Origin: Limisphaerales bacterium
GTDB taxonomy: Bacteria > Verrucomicrobiota > Verrucomicrobiia > Limisphaerales > JAJOIW01
Assembly: GCA_965657355.1 (NCBI GenBank)
Contig: CBFHOE010000002.1
Span: forward strand, 347,856 to 411,855
Direction of reading: 5' to 3'
Length of the DNA: 64,000 nucleotides
Made by a program: the position numbers and the translations under genes. Position 1 is the first letter of the stretch; each line of letters opens with the position of its first letter. The notes under the pieces are model-generated. The model did no database searches and was not told the DNA's origin. It saw only the letters and a list, made by a program, of their open reading frames with translations. Below are positions 1 through 9,762 of this stretch, one piece after another.

Positions 1-1050
1 CTCATTTCAAAATACGGAGCAGACGCTCTCAGATTCGGAGTCATGAGGTCGGCACCATTAGGTCAGGATCTTCGCTTCGATGAGAAACAAGTCGAATTGG
101 GCAGGAACTTCTGCACAAAACTTTGGAATGGATGCCGCTTTCGTCAAATGCAGGGAGGTGGATTTGAAGGAGAGATCCGCCCAGAATTACTAACAGCTTC
201 AGACAAATGGATTCTCTTGCGCTTAGATAACGCTATCAGGAATCTTGATGCCGCTTACGAAGAATACAATTTCGTAGAAATAACCAACGCTCTGTATTCC
301 TTTTTTTGGACGGAATATTGTGATTGGTATTTGGAATCTGCTAAAGCTGCCTTTTATGGTGATGACGAAGCTATAAAAACAAACACACTGGCGGTCATGG
401 ATTTTATCCTTTCGCATATTTTAAGAATTTTCCACCCTTTCCTTCCTTTCATTACTGAAGAATTGTGGCATGGAATGGGATTTAAAAATGATCTCCCCGA
501 GAGTCAAGGAGGTAAAACTATTATGTTGTCTCATTGGCCAAAGCCGTTTGACGATCAGTTTAAGGATTTTTATGCACTTGATGAATCTGATGAGGCTTTA
601 CAAGATTCTAGACATGAACTGGTTGGGCAAGGGAGAAGCCTGAAGAGCACCTACAATATCCCATCAAATAAAAAGGCAAAGTTTATATACAAGCCAAATG
701 CTCCGATTTCTGATTATGAAAAATCTGTTTTAAGAATTCTATTAAATGCAGAGCCACTTGAAGTGGATTTGAATTACGTGGCTCCAAAAGGAGTACCTTC
801 AACTGTTTGCAACGCCGGTGAATTATTCCTACCGCTCGAAGGTTTGATTGACTTTGAAGAAGAAAAGAAACGCTTGGAGAAAGAACTGGAAAAAATCCAA
901 AAGGAGATTGATAAAGTGAATAATAAATTATCGAATCCTAATTTCATCGAAAAAGCGCCAGAAGAGAAAGTCAACGAACAAAAAGACAGACTCAGTGACT
1001 TTAAAATGAGAATAGAACATCTTTCCAAAGCCCTCGAAAATTTGAAGTGA
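1..1050 (+). CDS. valS: Valyl-tRNA synthetase, C-terminal part (5' end outside window)
   Basis: The frame is open from nt 1 (LISKYGADALRFGV precedes the listed Met). It has the class Ia anticodon-binding region (CDWYLESAK) and the ValRS-type C-terminal coiled coil (LEKELEKIQKEIDKVNNKLSNPNFIEKAPEEKV). Confidence 0.9.
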   Translation, partial: LISKYGADALRFGVMRSAPLGQDLRFDEKQVELGRNFCTKLWNGCRFRQMQGGGFEGEIRPELLTASDKWILLRLDNAIRNLDAAYEEYNFVEITNALYSFFWTEYCDWYLESAKAAFYGDDEAIKTNTLAVMDFILSHILRIFHPFLPFITEELWHGMGFKNDLPESQGGKTIMLSHWPKPFDDQFKDFYALDESDEALQDSRHELVGQGRSLKSTYNIPSNKKAKFIYKPNAPISDYEKSVLRILLNAEPLEVDLNYVAPKGVPSTVCNAGELFLPLEGLIDFEEEKKRLEKELEKIQKEIDKVNNKLSNPNFIEKAPEEKVNEQKDRLSDFKMRIEHLSKALENLK

Positions 1051-1102
1051 TTCCCATGAAAGCGCTCCAAATTCGAAAAGCAAAAGAAGCAAAAATTCAC
1101 AA

Positions 1103-1921
1103 ATGAATAAAAGTCAAATCAAGGCAGCCTTATCAGTCACTGAAGGAGCGGTATTGAAGGCTGGCGAAATCATGTATAAAAACTTCAGGAAATCAAAAGT
1201 AATAAATGAGGTTTCACGACATGATATAAAACTTGAACTAGACGTTCTATGCCAAAAAGCCATTGAAAAGCATCTTGCCAAATCATATCCCAGCTTTGCC
1301 GTGTTGGGAGAGGAGGGAACGTCAGGAGACATAAATTCTGAATACCGATGGGTTGTGGACCCAATTGATGGCACTGTTAATTTCACTTACGATATCCCCC
1401 ATGCTAATTCAACTATTGCTCTTCAAAAAAGAATATCCGATGGGGCAGAATTCCCCGACCAAAATTATCAAACTATTATAGGCGTTGTATTCGACCCATT
1501 CACCAAAGAATTATGGACAGCAACAAAAGGAGGTCCATCAAAATTAAATGGTGAGCGCATTAATGTTAGTAAAAGAACTTTGCGTGAATCCATTATCACT
1601 ATGGGTTTTTCCAAAAGCCAAAAAAATATCTCACGCATGATTCCCGTGTTTGAGAATCTTTCGCAAAGAGTGCGAAAAGTTAGAATGATGGGAGCCGCAG
1701 CTTTGTCCTTAGCTTATATAGCGTCAGGGCGATTCGATGCTTATATGGAAACGGGCATCAGGCTATGGGATATTGCGGCTGGCGGTTTAATTTTAGAGGA
1801 AGCCGGCGGTGATTTTTGTCATATCCCAATCAATAAAAACCATACCTACCGGCTCATTGCAAATAACGGAACCATATCGAAATCACTAAAAAAATATTTC
1901 CCTGAAAAACCAGAAAGTTAG
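1103..1921 (+). CDS. suhB: Inositol monophosphatase family protein (SuhB-like)
   Basis: Family motifs LGEEG, WVVDPIDGTVNF and WDIAAG; 272 aa is a typical length. Confidence 0.8.
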   Translation: MNKSQIKAALSVTEGAVLKAGEIMYKNFRKSKVINEVSRHDIKLELDVLCQKAIEKHLAKSYPSFAVLGEEGTSGDINSEYRWVVDPIDGTVNFTYDIPHANSTIALQKRISDGAEFPDQNYQTIIGVVFDPFTKELWTATKGGPSKLNGERINVSKRTLRESIITMGFSKSQKNISRMIPVFENLSQRVRKVRMMGAAALSLAYIASGRFDAYMETGIRLWDIAAGGLILEEAGGDFCHIPINKNHTYRLIANNGTISKSLKKYFPEKPES

Positions 1922-2098
1922 ATCTCACCAAGATGATACGAAAGAAGGCTCACTGAGAGGATTCAAAAACAGCGTCTTAGATTATATAAGCTAGTATTCC
2001 CAAATCGTTGTGAGTGATCTTATTCAGGCAATCTTCCCTTGCTTCCTCTAAACCCTCAAATTGTATTTTAATCCTGATCCTGCAAGATCATGAATGTG

Positions 2099-2428
2099 TT
2101 ATCCTGGACTACTGTAGGACTTCCCTAGCACCTCTATTATTGAGATCAATAATTGATCGGAACGTTTTCCTTTCATGAGATTTCTTATTAAGAAGATTTC
2201 GAAAGCACGATGAAGTTGATTATTTGCCAGTCTTTCGCCAGTTAATTTAGCTCTTGGATTGATTGTTGTGTCATGATCAAACAACAGTTTTCCATGTTGA
2301 TGGAATTTATATGAGAGATTGAATAGTTCTTTTCTTATCTATCCATAAATGAGTTTTCGATTTGTATCCCTATGATCTTGAGTTTCATGTTTTTGTTCTG
2401 GGAATTCTCTTTTTAAGAGGTTTTTCAT
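2099..2428 (-). pseudogene. Possible decayed ORF (ATG at 2428, in-frame TAG at 2339-2341, then the listed 61-aa ORF frame)
   Basis: Reverse-strand reading gives MKNLLKREFPEQKHETQDHRDTNRKLIYG-stop-IRKELFNLSYKFHQHGKLLFDHDTT... in one frame. No family was recognised. It lies in a 0.8-kb otherwise non-coding gap. Confidence 0.25.
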
Positions 2429-2698
2429 GATTAGACCTTTCTTTTGAAGGATTATGATTTATCGATCTTGTGAATTAACTTGGAGAGGAATTAAAACAGA
2501 TGGCTGATTAGAGTGATGAGTTCTCAGTGATTTAGGTAAGCCTGGATTATTATGGACCTAGATCTATTATGGGGACCTATCCACTGACTATAAAGATCTG
2601 ACTTCCCCCAGTTCTTTGGTGCTCAATAAGTGATACACCAAACTCAGAGTGAACATATCCAGCATCAAGCTCAATGACCCCACACAATCCCTGGGGCA

Positions 2699-2729
2699 AT
2701 AAAAAACACCTGGAAAAGATTTCCAGATG
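2699..2729 (-). terminator. Intrinsic terminator after the sigma54-activator gene
   Basis: On the minus strand the sequence is CATCTGGAA-ATCTT-TTCCAGGTG, a 9-bp stem with one G-U pair. TTTTTTATT follows, and the hairpin begins about 35 nt after the stop codon. Confidence 0.6.
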
Positions 2730-2763
2730 CTCCTAAATAAACGTAAAAAATTTGATATGTATT

Positions 2764-4110
2764 CTACACGGGAATACTGTAAGCCTTTATCTTGTTGTAT
2801 AGTGTTTGTCTTCCGATCCCAAGTCTGCGAGCGGCTTCCAACTTATTTCCACCAGTCTCTTTGAGGACCTGTTTAATGGTATTAAATTCCATAGCCTCCA
2901 TGAGAGTTAATGAGGGCTCGGGCGACTCTTGAGGAGCGCTAGACTTGATAGACAAATCTTGGTGATCAATGTATTCGCCCTCACACATTAAAGCTGCTCT
3001 CTGAATTTCATTCTGCAACTGGCGGACATTGCCCGGCCAATCGTATGATTTCAACTTCTCTTGAGCATTTTTGGTAAAACCTAAAACCTGCCGACCTGCC
3101 TGAGCTACGTATCTTTTTAAGAACATTTCACTGAGGGGAACAATATCAGGAATGCGCTCCCTAAGAGGCGGTATATTTACTTCAATAGTGCCAATGCGGT
3201 AGTAAAGATCCTCTCTGAGTTTTCCTTCCTTAATGGCTTCATCAACTTTACGGTTGGTCGCGGCAACGATCCGGCAATTGATTTTATAACTCTTTCTCCC
3301 CCCTACCCGGCGGGCCTCTCGCTCCTGAAGAACCCTCAGTAATTTACTTTGGGTTTCGACCGGCATTTCTGAAAGCTCATCAAGAAAGAGAGTTCCACCT
3401 TCGGCTTGCGTAAACAATCCTTCTCTGTCGATAGCATCTGTATAAGCTCCTTTGACAGAACCAAATAATTCACTCTCTATCAAGTTCACAGGCAGAGCCG
3501 CGCAATTAATTTTTACCAAAGGACCGTTGTTTCTTTTGCTGGTATTGTGTATGAGGTCGGCAACCACCTCTTTGCCTGTTCCGCTTTCGCCAATTATGAA
3601 TACCGAGACATCTGTAGGGGCAACTCTTTCAATGGTCTTTAGAGCAGCTTTCATAGATGGACTTTGGAAAACGGGAGATTCACCACCCTTTAGTGTCGAA
3701 ATGGCTTTCTTAAGATTGGCCGTTTCTTCATTCTGGACCTTTCTTTCCAATGCCCTTTCGAGGTGAATAAGCAATTGGTCCTGAGACTTGGCCAGACTAC
3801 TTTTTTCTAAAAAGTGAAAAGCGCCTTTCTTCATCGACTCCACGACTTTGTCAGTTGTGCTATTTCCAGTGAGGACAATTATCTCACATTGGCTCCATTT
3901 ATCTTTTATAATGGGGATCAAGGTTAACCCGTCGGAATCGGGAAGCCCGAGATCCAATATGACAACGTCGACAGGGTCACCGCTAAAGCGCTCTTGTAAA
4001 CCTTCACCGGAAGCAACCTCTTCTACATCATGAGAAGCCATCGTGAGGACATTTCTTAAGTAGTCCCTTATAGATGCTTCATCATCAACTATTAAAATTT
4101 TTGCGTTCAT
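2764..4110 (-). CDS. Sigma-54-dependent response regulator (NtrC family: receiver + AAA+ + Fis-type HTH)
   Basis: Receiver domain ILIVDDE...VVILDLGLPD. AAA+ Walker A GESGTGKE, Walker B LFLDEL and ESELFG. C-terminal HTH AARRLGIGRQTLYNKIK. Confidence 0.9.
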   Translation of the reverse strand: MNAKILIVDDEASIRDYLRNVLTMASHDVEEVASGEGLQERFSGDPVDVVILDLGLPDSDGLTLIPIIKDKWSQCEIIVLTGNSTTDKVVESMKKGAFHFLEKSSLAKSQDQLLIHLERALERKVQNEETANLKKAISTLKGGESPVFQSPSMKAALKTIERVAPTDVSVFIIGESGTGKEVVADLIHNTSKRNNGPLVKINCAALPVNLIESELFGSVKGAYTDAIDREGLFTQAEGGTLFLDELSEMPVETQSKLLRVLQEREARRVGGRKSYKINCRIVAATNRKVDEAIKEGKLREDLYYRIGTIEVNIPPLRERIPDIVPLSEMFLKRYVAQAGRQVLGFTKNAQEKLKSYDWPGNVRQLQNEIQRAALMCEGEYIDHQDLSIKSSAPQESPEPSLTLMEAMEFNTIKQVLKETGGNKLEAARRLGIGRQTLYNKIKAYSIPV

Positions 4111-4294
4111 TAGTTAATGCGAACAACCAAGTGTTACCGTTTAAAAAGAGGACAGAATGGCGACCATGACTAGAAATCTGACGATTTACTGTCTAAAAAA
4201 ACGGACACTAACCTAAGAACCGTTCTATCCTTCTATCATCTTTTCGGAAGACTTGGCAGGTTACTTGAGCGGTGAGTGTTAAAAAATGAGGCGA

Positions 4295-4579
4295 TTAGCG
4301 TACAGGTGGAGGTAAATCAGTGCCCGGATACATCCGCAAGATGGTTTGTCTTATATTTCTGCTCTCCTCGGGTTTCATAATCTGACGGTTAATTCTTCTG
4401 TCCACCCCGCTCAACAATTCTAACCAGTCTGAAAGCTCAGGAAGCTTCATCGGCTCCCAGTTATCAAATCTTTTTTGACGATGGTAAAAACCCCACGTTT
4501 TACCGGATTTTTTAGCATAAACCTGCCATTTTTCACCGTATTCGTCGGTTTTTTTCCAGCTTATTTCCTGCTTTGCCAT
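4295..4579 (-). CDS. Hypothetical small basic protein (94 aa)
   Basis: The ORF sits 5 nt downstream of ispF on the same strand. No recognisable motifs. Confidence 0.45.
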   Translation of the reverse strand: MAKQEISWKKTDEYGEKWQVYAKKSGKTWGFYHRQKRFDNWEPMKLPELSDWLELLSGVDRRINRQIMKPEESRNIRQTILRMYPGTDLPPPVR

Positions 4580-4584
4580 GGCCT

Positions 4585-5079
4585 CTAATCGATGGATTCA
4601 CGATCCATTCTCAGACTTGCGACGGCTAGGGCTGCAATCCCCTCTTTTCGGCCGACAAACCCCATCAATTCGTTTGTAGTTGCCTTAATACCGATCCTAG
4701 ATACAGGTATATCCAAGGATTGGGCAATCGATGTCTTCATTTCTTCGACGCGCGGATTTATTTTTGGGACTTCTGCAACTAATGTTGAATCGATATTTAC
4801 GATCTTGGCTCCAATTTCATTGCATTTCTGGGATATCTCTTTGAGAAAAACCAGGCTACTGACGTCTTTCCATTTCATATCGTCGTTGGGAAAGAAATGC
4901 CCTATATCTTGCAGACCCATTGCTCCAAGACAAGCATCAGCAATCGCGTGAACTAATACATCAGCATCAGAATGGCCGTCTAAGCCAAATGAGGATTCAA
5001 ACTCAACACCGCCGAGAATCATTTTTCTCCCCTCTTTGAAGGCATGAACATCATATCCTAGACCACTTCTGTAAATCAT
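4585..5079 (-). CDS. ispF: 2-C-methyl-D-erythritol 2,4-cyclodiphosphate synthase
   Basis: GLGYDVHAF and GHSDADVLVHAI motifs. I placed the start at the internal Met (MIYRSGLGYDVH, ATG at 5079) rather than the ORF-track start at 5136. Confidence 0.9.
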   Translation of the reverse strand: MIYRSGLGYDVHAFKEGRKMILGGVEFESSFGLDGHSDADVLVHAIADACLGAMGLQDIGHFFPNDDMKWKDVSSLVFLKEISQKCNEIGAKIVNIDSTLVAEVPKINPRVEEMKTSIAQSLDIPVSRIGIKATTNELMGFVGRKEGIAALAVASLRMDRESID

Positions 5080-5200
5080 GATTATAAATTCTGCCCTATA
5101 CTCTGCCCATTGGCCATTCCAAATACTAATAAGCATCTAAGGCGCAAGGTTTTGAAACCTTGATATAGATCCCCTAAAATGTTTTTCTTTCACACATATT

Positions 5201-6106
5201 ATGATTATTAAGGATATCCAGTCAGACCTGAAATCTAAAAAACAGCCATTGGTTTCTGTCGAATTCTTTCCCCCAAAAACGGAAAAAGGTATGAATTCCC
5301 TTTTTTCAAAAACTCTACCAGAGCTCGACAAATTGAATTTAGATTTTTGCTCTGTCACGTATGGAGCCGGGGGGAGTACGTCAGAAAAAACCTTAGACAT
5401 GGTAAAAAAAGTCCAGGTCGACTTTGAGATCCCGTCGATGATGCATTTAACTTGTGTCAATTCCACAAAAGAACAGCTTTCCGAGGTCTTAGAATCCGCC
5501 GTTCAAGCTGGAATCGAAAATATACTCGCGCTTAGAGGGGACCCCCCTGGGGGAGTAGGGGAATTTGTACCAACCGAGGGAGGCTTCGAGTTCTCCTACC
5601 AATTAGTTGATTTCTTAAAAAAAAGAGGGAATCTATGCATCGGCACTGCTGGCTTCCCTCAAGGACACATACATTGTAAAGCTGGCAAATACGCTGACTG
5701 GGACCACCTTATTAACAAAATAAATCATGGTGCTGATTTTATTGTCACTCAGCTTTTTTTCAACAACGATGACTTTTACGAATTTAGAGACTACATTTAC
5801 AATAAACTTGGCCGTGAAATACCAATTGAAGCCGGGATCTTGCCAATTCAATCCGGCAAGCAATTAAGAAAGTTCACAGAACTGTGTGGAGCAAAGATTC
5901 CAAAGGAAATGGATGAGAAATTAAACCAACTAGGAGATGATGATGCGGCTGTGTCAGAATACGGGATTGAATACGCCTCGTCCCAAATCGAGGACCTAAT
6001 CAAAAATGACGTCAATGGCATACATTTCTACTGTCTAAATAAGTCCCAATCTACTCTGCGTGTCTGTTCTAACCTTTCTCTGGAAGGAAGCCGAAAAACG
6101 GCATAA
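5201..6106 (+). CDS. metF: Methylenetetrahydrofolate reductase
   Basis: VSVEFFPPKT, CSVTYGAGGST, LALRGDPP and IVTQLFF are typical MetF blocks. Confidence 0.9.
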   Translation: MIIKDIQSDLKSKKQPLVSVEFFPPKTEKGMNSLFSKTLPELDKLNLDFCSVTYGAGGSTSEKTLDMVKKVQVDFEIPSMMHLTCVNSTKEQLSEVLESAVQAGIENILALRGDPPGGVGEFVPTEGGFEFSYQLVDFLKKRGNLCIGTAGFPQGHIHCKAGKYADWDHLINKINHGADFIVTQLFFNNDDFYEFRDYIYNKLGREIPIEAGILPIQSGKQLRKFTELCGAKIPKEMDEKLNQLGDDDAAVSEYGIEYASSQIEDLIKNDVNGIHFYCLNKSQSTLRVCSNLSLEGSRKTA

Positions 6107-6129
6107 TTTAGGAAGAGTTTGAGTGCCTT

Positions 6130-6699
6130 GTGATTTCAATTTTAAATAAGACGTCGATAAAATATAAACCTTCAACAATGGATTCAACCTGGAAGGTCTG
6201 GGGCACACTTATTTTTGATCAAAATAAATCAGAAGCTTCGAGAAATTCGTTTTGGAAGTTTATTCTGGAGAACGAGCTGGTTGTGGTGACCAAAACAATG
6301 AAACTTTCAAAAGAGGGAGAGATTTCAGCAATTTTAAATTTGGATCGTTCTGCAAAGAGTTCTTTCGGCTCATTAGAGTTATTCCAAAAATCTATTTTAG
6401 CGGCCCGACACCAGCTCCAGTGCCTTGCCCCATTATCTGATCATCTCGGCTTAAGGGAGTATCGTAAAGCGGTAGAAAAGAAAACATGCTTTGGGTTCCA
6501 ACCGATTGTTTACGGACTTTTCTTCGAAGCTTACTCTATCCCCATTCGTCAGGGGTTGAGTTATTATGCCGACCAGTATAGACACAATGTGCCAGAACTC
6601 TTCCAACCCAGTGACGGGTGGAGCAACCTGCTGACTACATCCATTAACCAGGTAATTTCTGAATCATTAAAAGACGCGCCTTTAATTCGGGCTTTATAA
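6130..6699 (+). CDS. Hypothetical protein (189 aa; GTG start, alternative ATG at 6178)
   Basis: The ORF lies 23 nt after metF on the same strand. No family was recognised. Confidence 0.45.
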   Translation: MISILNKTSIKYKPSTMDSTWKVWGTLIFDQNKSEASRNSFWKFILENELVVVTKTMKLSKEGEISAILNLDRSAKSSFGSLELFQKSILAARHQLQCLAPLSDHLGLREYRKAVEKKTCFGFQPIVYGLFFEAYSIPIRQGLSYYADQYRHNVPELFQPSDGWSNLLTTSINQVISESLKDAPLIRAL

Positions 6700-6919
6700 G
6701 CCCCTTCGGGAAGTTATTACCTCCCTTTGCAGGGGGGCATCACCATTTGAAAGTATCGGAGTGTAATAGTATATGTCGCGATTTTTATCGAAAGTAATGA
6801 AAGGCACGATTCCATTATCGCTAGCGATTAAATCTGTGTTCCCTTCAAAAAATTTAAAGCCAATATATAATGTTGATGCTGGGTGAATCTTTAATGGGTT
6901 AACTCAATACCTCTCTCAT

Positions 6920-8557
6920 TCATTCTGAAACAGTCTCCATGACATGGAAAATATAGTTTTGTTCTCGCACGCCTCTGAAAAGATAGGCACCCGGACCTTG
7001 TGCAAAAATGGGGACGTCTTCGCCGGCGTGAGTCTCGGAAGTTAAAGGAATAAGCGCCTCCTGAATATAATCAGGATCTGTAGTATCTACTTTTGTTAGA
7101 TCCGGCCTCCCAGGATGAGGGACTTTTATATACTCGTATTTACCCGAACTTGAGGACAATGGACCACCGAATTCTTTCCTGTATTTTTGTCCACCATTGA
7201 GAATCTCCAAATTCTCAACATTTATCATTGGCCCTGTGTAGCCGCCTCCATTGGCATATGCCAAAGCGGTAAAGGGTAACCCAAGCATATCGCGTTCTAT
7301 TTCCTTTTTAGGATTACCGGCAGCATCATTATAAAGCGCCTTTCCCAAAATCGGATTACCTCGGACACTGTAACCACCAATGGTCAAGGTATGACTATGA
7401 TCGGCAGTGACTATAATTAGTGTGTCCTTTTTCTCTTCTTCACTCAATTCTTTTAAAGCCGCAGCAACTGCATCAGCAAAGGCAATAGTGTCGATTAGAG
7501 CCCGATACGCGTTTCCTGCATGATGCCCATGATCAATTCGACCGCCTTCCACATTAAGAAAAAATCCGTTGGGATTATTTCTTAAAATACGAATCGCTGT
7601 GACAGTCATTTCAGCAAGGGAAGGTTCGCTTGGTTGCCCACTTGATGTCCGGTCATGTTCATATTGCATGTGCGACCTTTCGAATAAGCCAAGGAGCTTT
7701 TTAGTTCGCACAGTATCAATGTCGTCAAATTGCTGCTTATTCCAAACATAAATGGCATCTTTTTTGTTCACCCACTCATTAATTAAATTTCTTCCATCAA
7801 GACGCACACCTTGAGTACCTTCATCTTCTGGATCAGTAATATCACTTGGCAAAAATGATCGTCGCCCTCCCCCCAAAGCGACATCCACACCATCTCCATA
7901 GGGCATCTCAATAAGCTGCAACGCTATATCTTTAACCCCAGCTGAATATGCCTCTTTGTTTCTTTGCTTGATATCCCTGTCGTTTTCCCAATTCCTATCG
8001 GCACTATGAGCATAGCAGCTTGCAGGAGTCGCGTGCGTAATCCGTGAGGTTGTCACCAAGCCAGAAGACTTACCCATTTCCTCAAAAGACTGCAGAATTG
8101 TTTTCAATGGTTTTGCGTCCCCCCCGAAATCCTTTGTGGATGTATGGTCTCCACGCACAACTTCTTTGGAATAACTAATGATTCCTTGTTTAGTTTTGTG
8201 CCCTGTGACCATGGCTGTCATCGTTCCGGCCGAATCTGGTACCTGAGAATTAGAATTATAGGTTTTAGATAGGGCTAAATGGTCTAACTGTTCAAAAGAG
8301 AGAACATTCTCTTCGCCAGTTTCTCCTCTTATCTGACCATCGAGAATTCGGGCCGCGGTGATTGTAGAAATACCCATCCCGTCCCCCACGAAAAGTATAA
8401 TATTTTTGGCTTTTTTGGGATAGACAGGCATGTCCAATGCGCGTTGAACACTTGCAGCTTGGGCCTCATAAGACGCAGGATCTTTGCTTTGCTGCCCAAT
8501 AGAGCAACTGGCACTTAGCACTACAATGAAGAAACTTGCTATATATTTTTTTTTCAT
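6920..8557 (-). CDS. phoA: Alkaline phosphatase (PhoA family), probable lipoprotein
   Basis: FVGDGMG metal site, catalytic DSAGTMTAM, DHSH and EGGRIDHGHH motifs. The signal peptide carries a lipobox (LSASC). Confidence 0.9.
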   Translation of the reverse strand: MKKKYIASFFIVVLSASCSIGQQSKDPASYEAQAASVQRALDMPVYPKKAKNIILFVGDGMGISTITAARILDGQIRGETGEENVLSFEQLDHLALSKTYNSNSQVPDSAGTMTAMVTGHKTKQGIISYSKEVVRGDHTSTKDFGGDAKPLKTILQSFEEMGKSSGLVTTSRITHATPASCYAHSADRNWENDRDIKQRNKEAYSAGVKDIALQLIEMPYGDGVDVALGGGRRSFLPSDITDPEDEGTQGVRLDGRNLINEWVNKKDAIYVWNKQQFDDIDTVRTKKLLGLFERSHMQYEHDRTSSGQPSEPSLAEMTVTAIRILRNNPNGFFLNVEGGRIDHGHHAGNAYRALIDTIAFADAVAAALKELSEEEKKDTLIIVTADHSHTLTIGGYSVRGNPILGKALYNDAAGNPKKEIERDMLGLPFTALAYANGGGYTGPMINVENLEILNGGQKYRKEFGGPLSSSSGKYEYIKVPHPGRPDLTKVDTTDPDYIQEALIPLTSETHAGEDVPIFAQGPGAYLFRGVREQNYIFHVMETVSE

Positions 8558-9351
8558 GGCTGGTCTATTTTAACTCTGCAGACTTGGTGGGGTATGGAAT
8601 ATTTGTGGATTAAGCTCACCAAACCCGGCTCTTCTTCAAGGTCACCCAAGTCAGCAAAATCATAGCGTATAAATTGATCACTAATATCGGGTAATTGGTC
8701 CAAATAGCTGTGTCCCGACTCTACATCTTTCAATGTCACGGAAATGGTCATTGATTTGTTTTCAACAATCAATGATCTGGCAATTTGTAGTTCAGGCAGC
8801 CAAGATACTGTGTATTTAATTTCCCCAAAATTGTGAGAATAAATTTCTTCTATGTAAGAGTCTTTCCATTTGGAAACATCTTCCAATTTAAAATATTTTT
8901 TTACAGCAGATATTGAGGCAAAACAAGCTACCTCGTCCCATGATGATTTATAATCTAGTATCAACAAGTCATCATGAGAAAATTCAATAACCCGTTTTTC
9001 ATTCATAAAGACTCTTGACTGAATTACCTCACCACCCCTTCTTTTGGACCAGACCTCACAAGACTCGCCTAACCCACGGGCTCTTTCAAAAGGACCGATT
9101 GTTCTCTTCGTCTTAAAAACTTTGGAATCTCGCCAAAAAATCCAGTTAAAGGTTCGATTCTGGCCCAGATGACTTTTTTTGTAGATAATATCCGTTTGAC
9201 ACTGTCCAGAAATTTTAGGCAATTCCCCAGCATAGAGAAATCCAATACTTGTTAGGGCAAAAATGAAGAGTATAAAGGATTTAGACACCCTCAACATATT
9301 AAAGAGACTTGGTTTCTTGATTTCGACAATGCAAGTAATTCCGCTGCTCAT
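8554..9351 (-). CDS. Hypothetical membrane-anchored or secreted protein
   Basis: N-terminal hydrophobic segment (FILFIFALTSIGFLYA). Its stop overlaps the phoA start (ATGA at 8554-8557). No family was recognised. Confidence 0.55.
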   Translation of the reverse strand: MSSGITCIVEIKKPSLFNMLRVSKSFILFIFALTSIGFLYAGELPKISGQCQTDIIYKKSHLGQNRTFNWIFWRDSKVFKTKRTIGPFERARGLGESCEVWSKRRGGEVIQSRVFMNEKRVIEFSHDDLLILDYKSSWDEVACFASISAVKKYFKLEDVSKWKDSYIEEIYSHNFGEIKYTVSWLPELQIARSLIVENKSMTISVTLKDVESGHSYLDQLPDISDQFIRYDFADLGDLEEEPGLVSLIHKYSIPHQVCRVKIDQP

Positions 9352-9762
9352 TGGTGAATGATTCAGTATAAAAATATCTTGGAGATCGAATTGATGTCAA
9401 AGATTCATTTAATAAGTTTATACTTACCTTCGAACAAAAATAGTTGAGTTCCTCATAAAATCTAGGCCTCCAGCTTTAATTTTCACCACGGAATTCAAAC
9501 CGCTTTATAAAAAATTCTTAAAAAGAATCATCGACCAAAATCCTGTTATTGGATACTTCCAATTGAAAATCCTGCCAAACCTGCCTGTCAAGAATATAAT
9601 AGGCATTGCATCACAGGTCACATCCTGTTGTTATTATGTATTGAATCAAGGCGCACAGTTTATTCATGAGTTGGGAAGTCCATCTTGGCAGCATCATATA
9701 TTTTTGAAGTTAGCCCCCCAATTATTGTCATGTTTTTAATACTGGATTTTATTTTATAAAGA

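Noticed and set aside
4254-4270. TTGGCAGGTTACTTGAGC, a sigma-54-like element near the NtrC-type gene.
   Set aside because: The -12 position reads GA rather than GC. The element also points along the plus strand, where there is no downstream gene.
9352-9762. A possible lysine riboswitch or other leader upstream of the KamA-like gene.
   Set aside because: I could not recognise L-box conserved cores or a stable terminator/antiterminator. Only short AT-rich inverted repeats are present. An Rfam scan is needed to exclude it formally.
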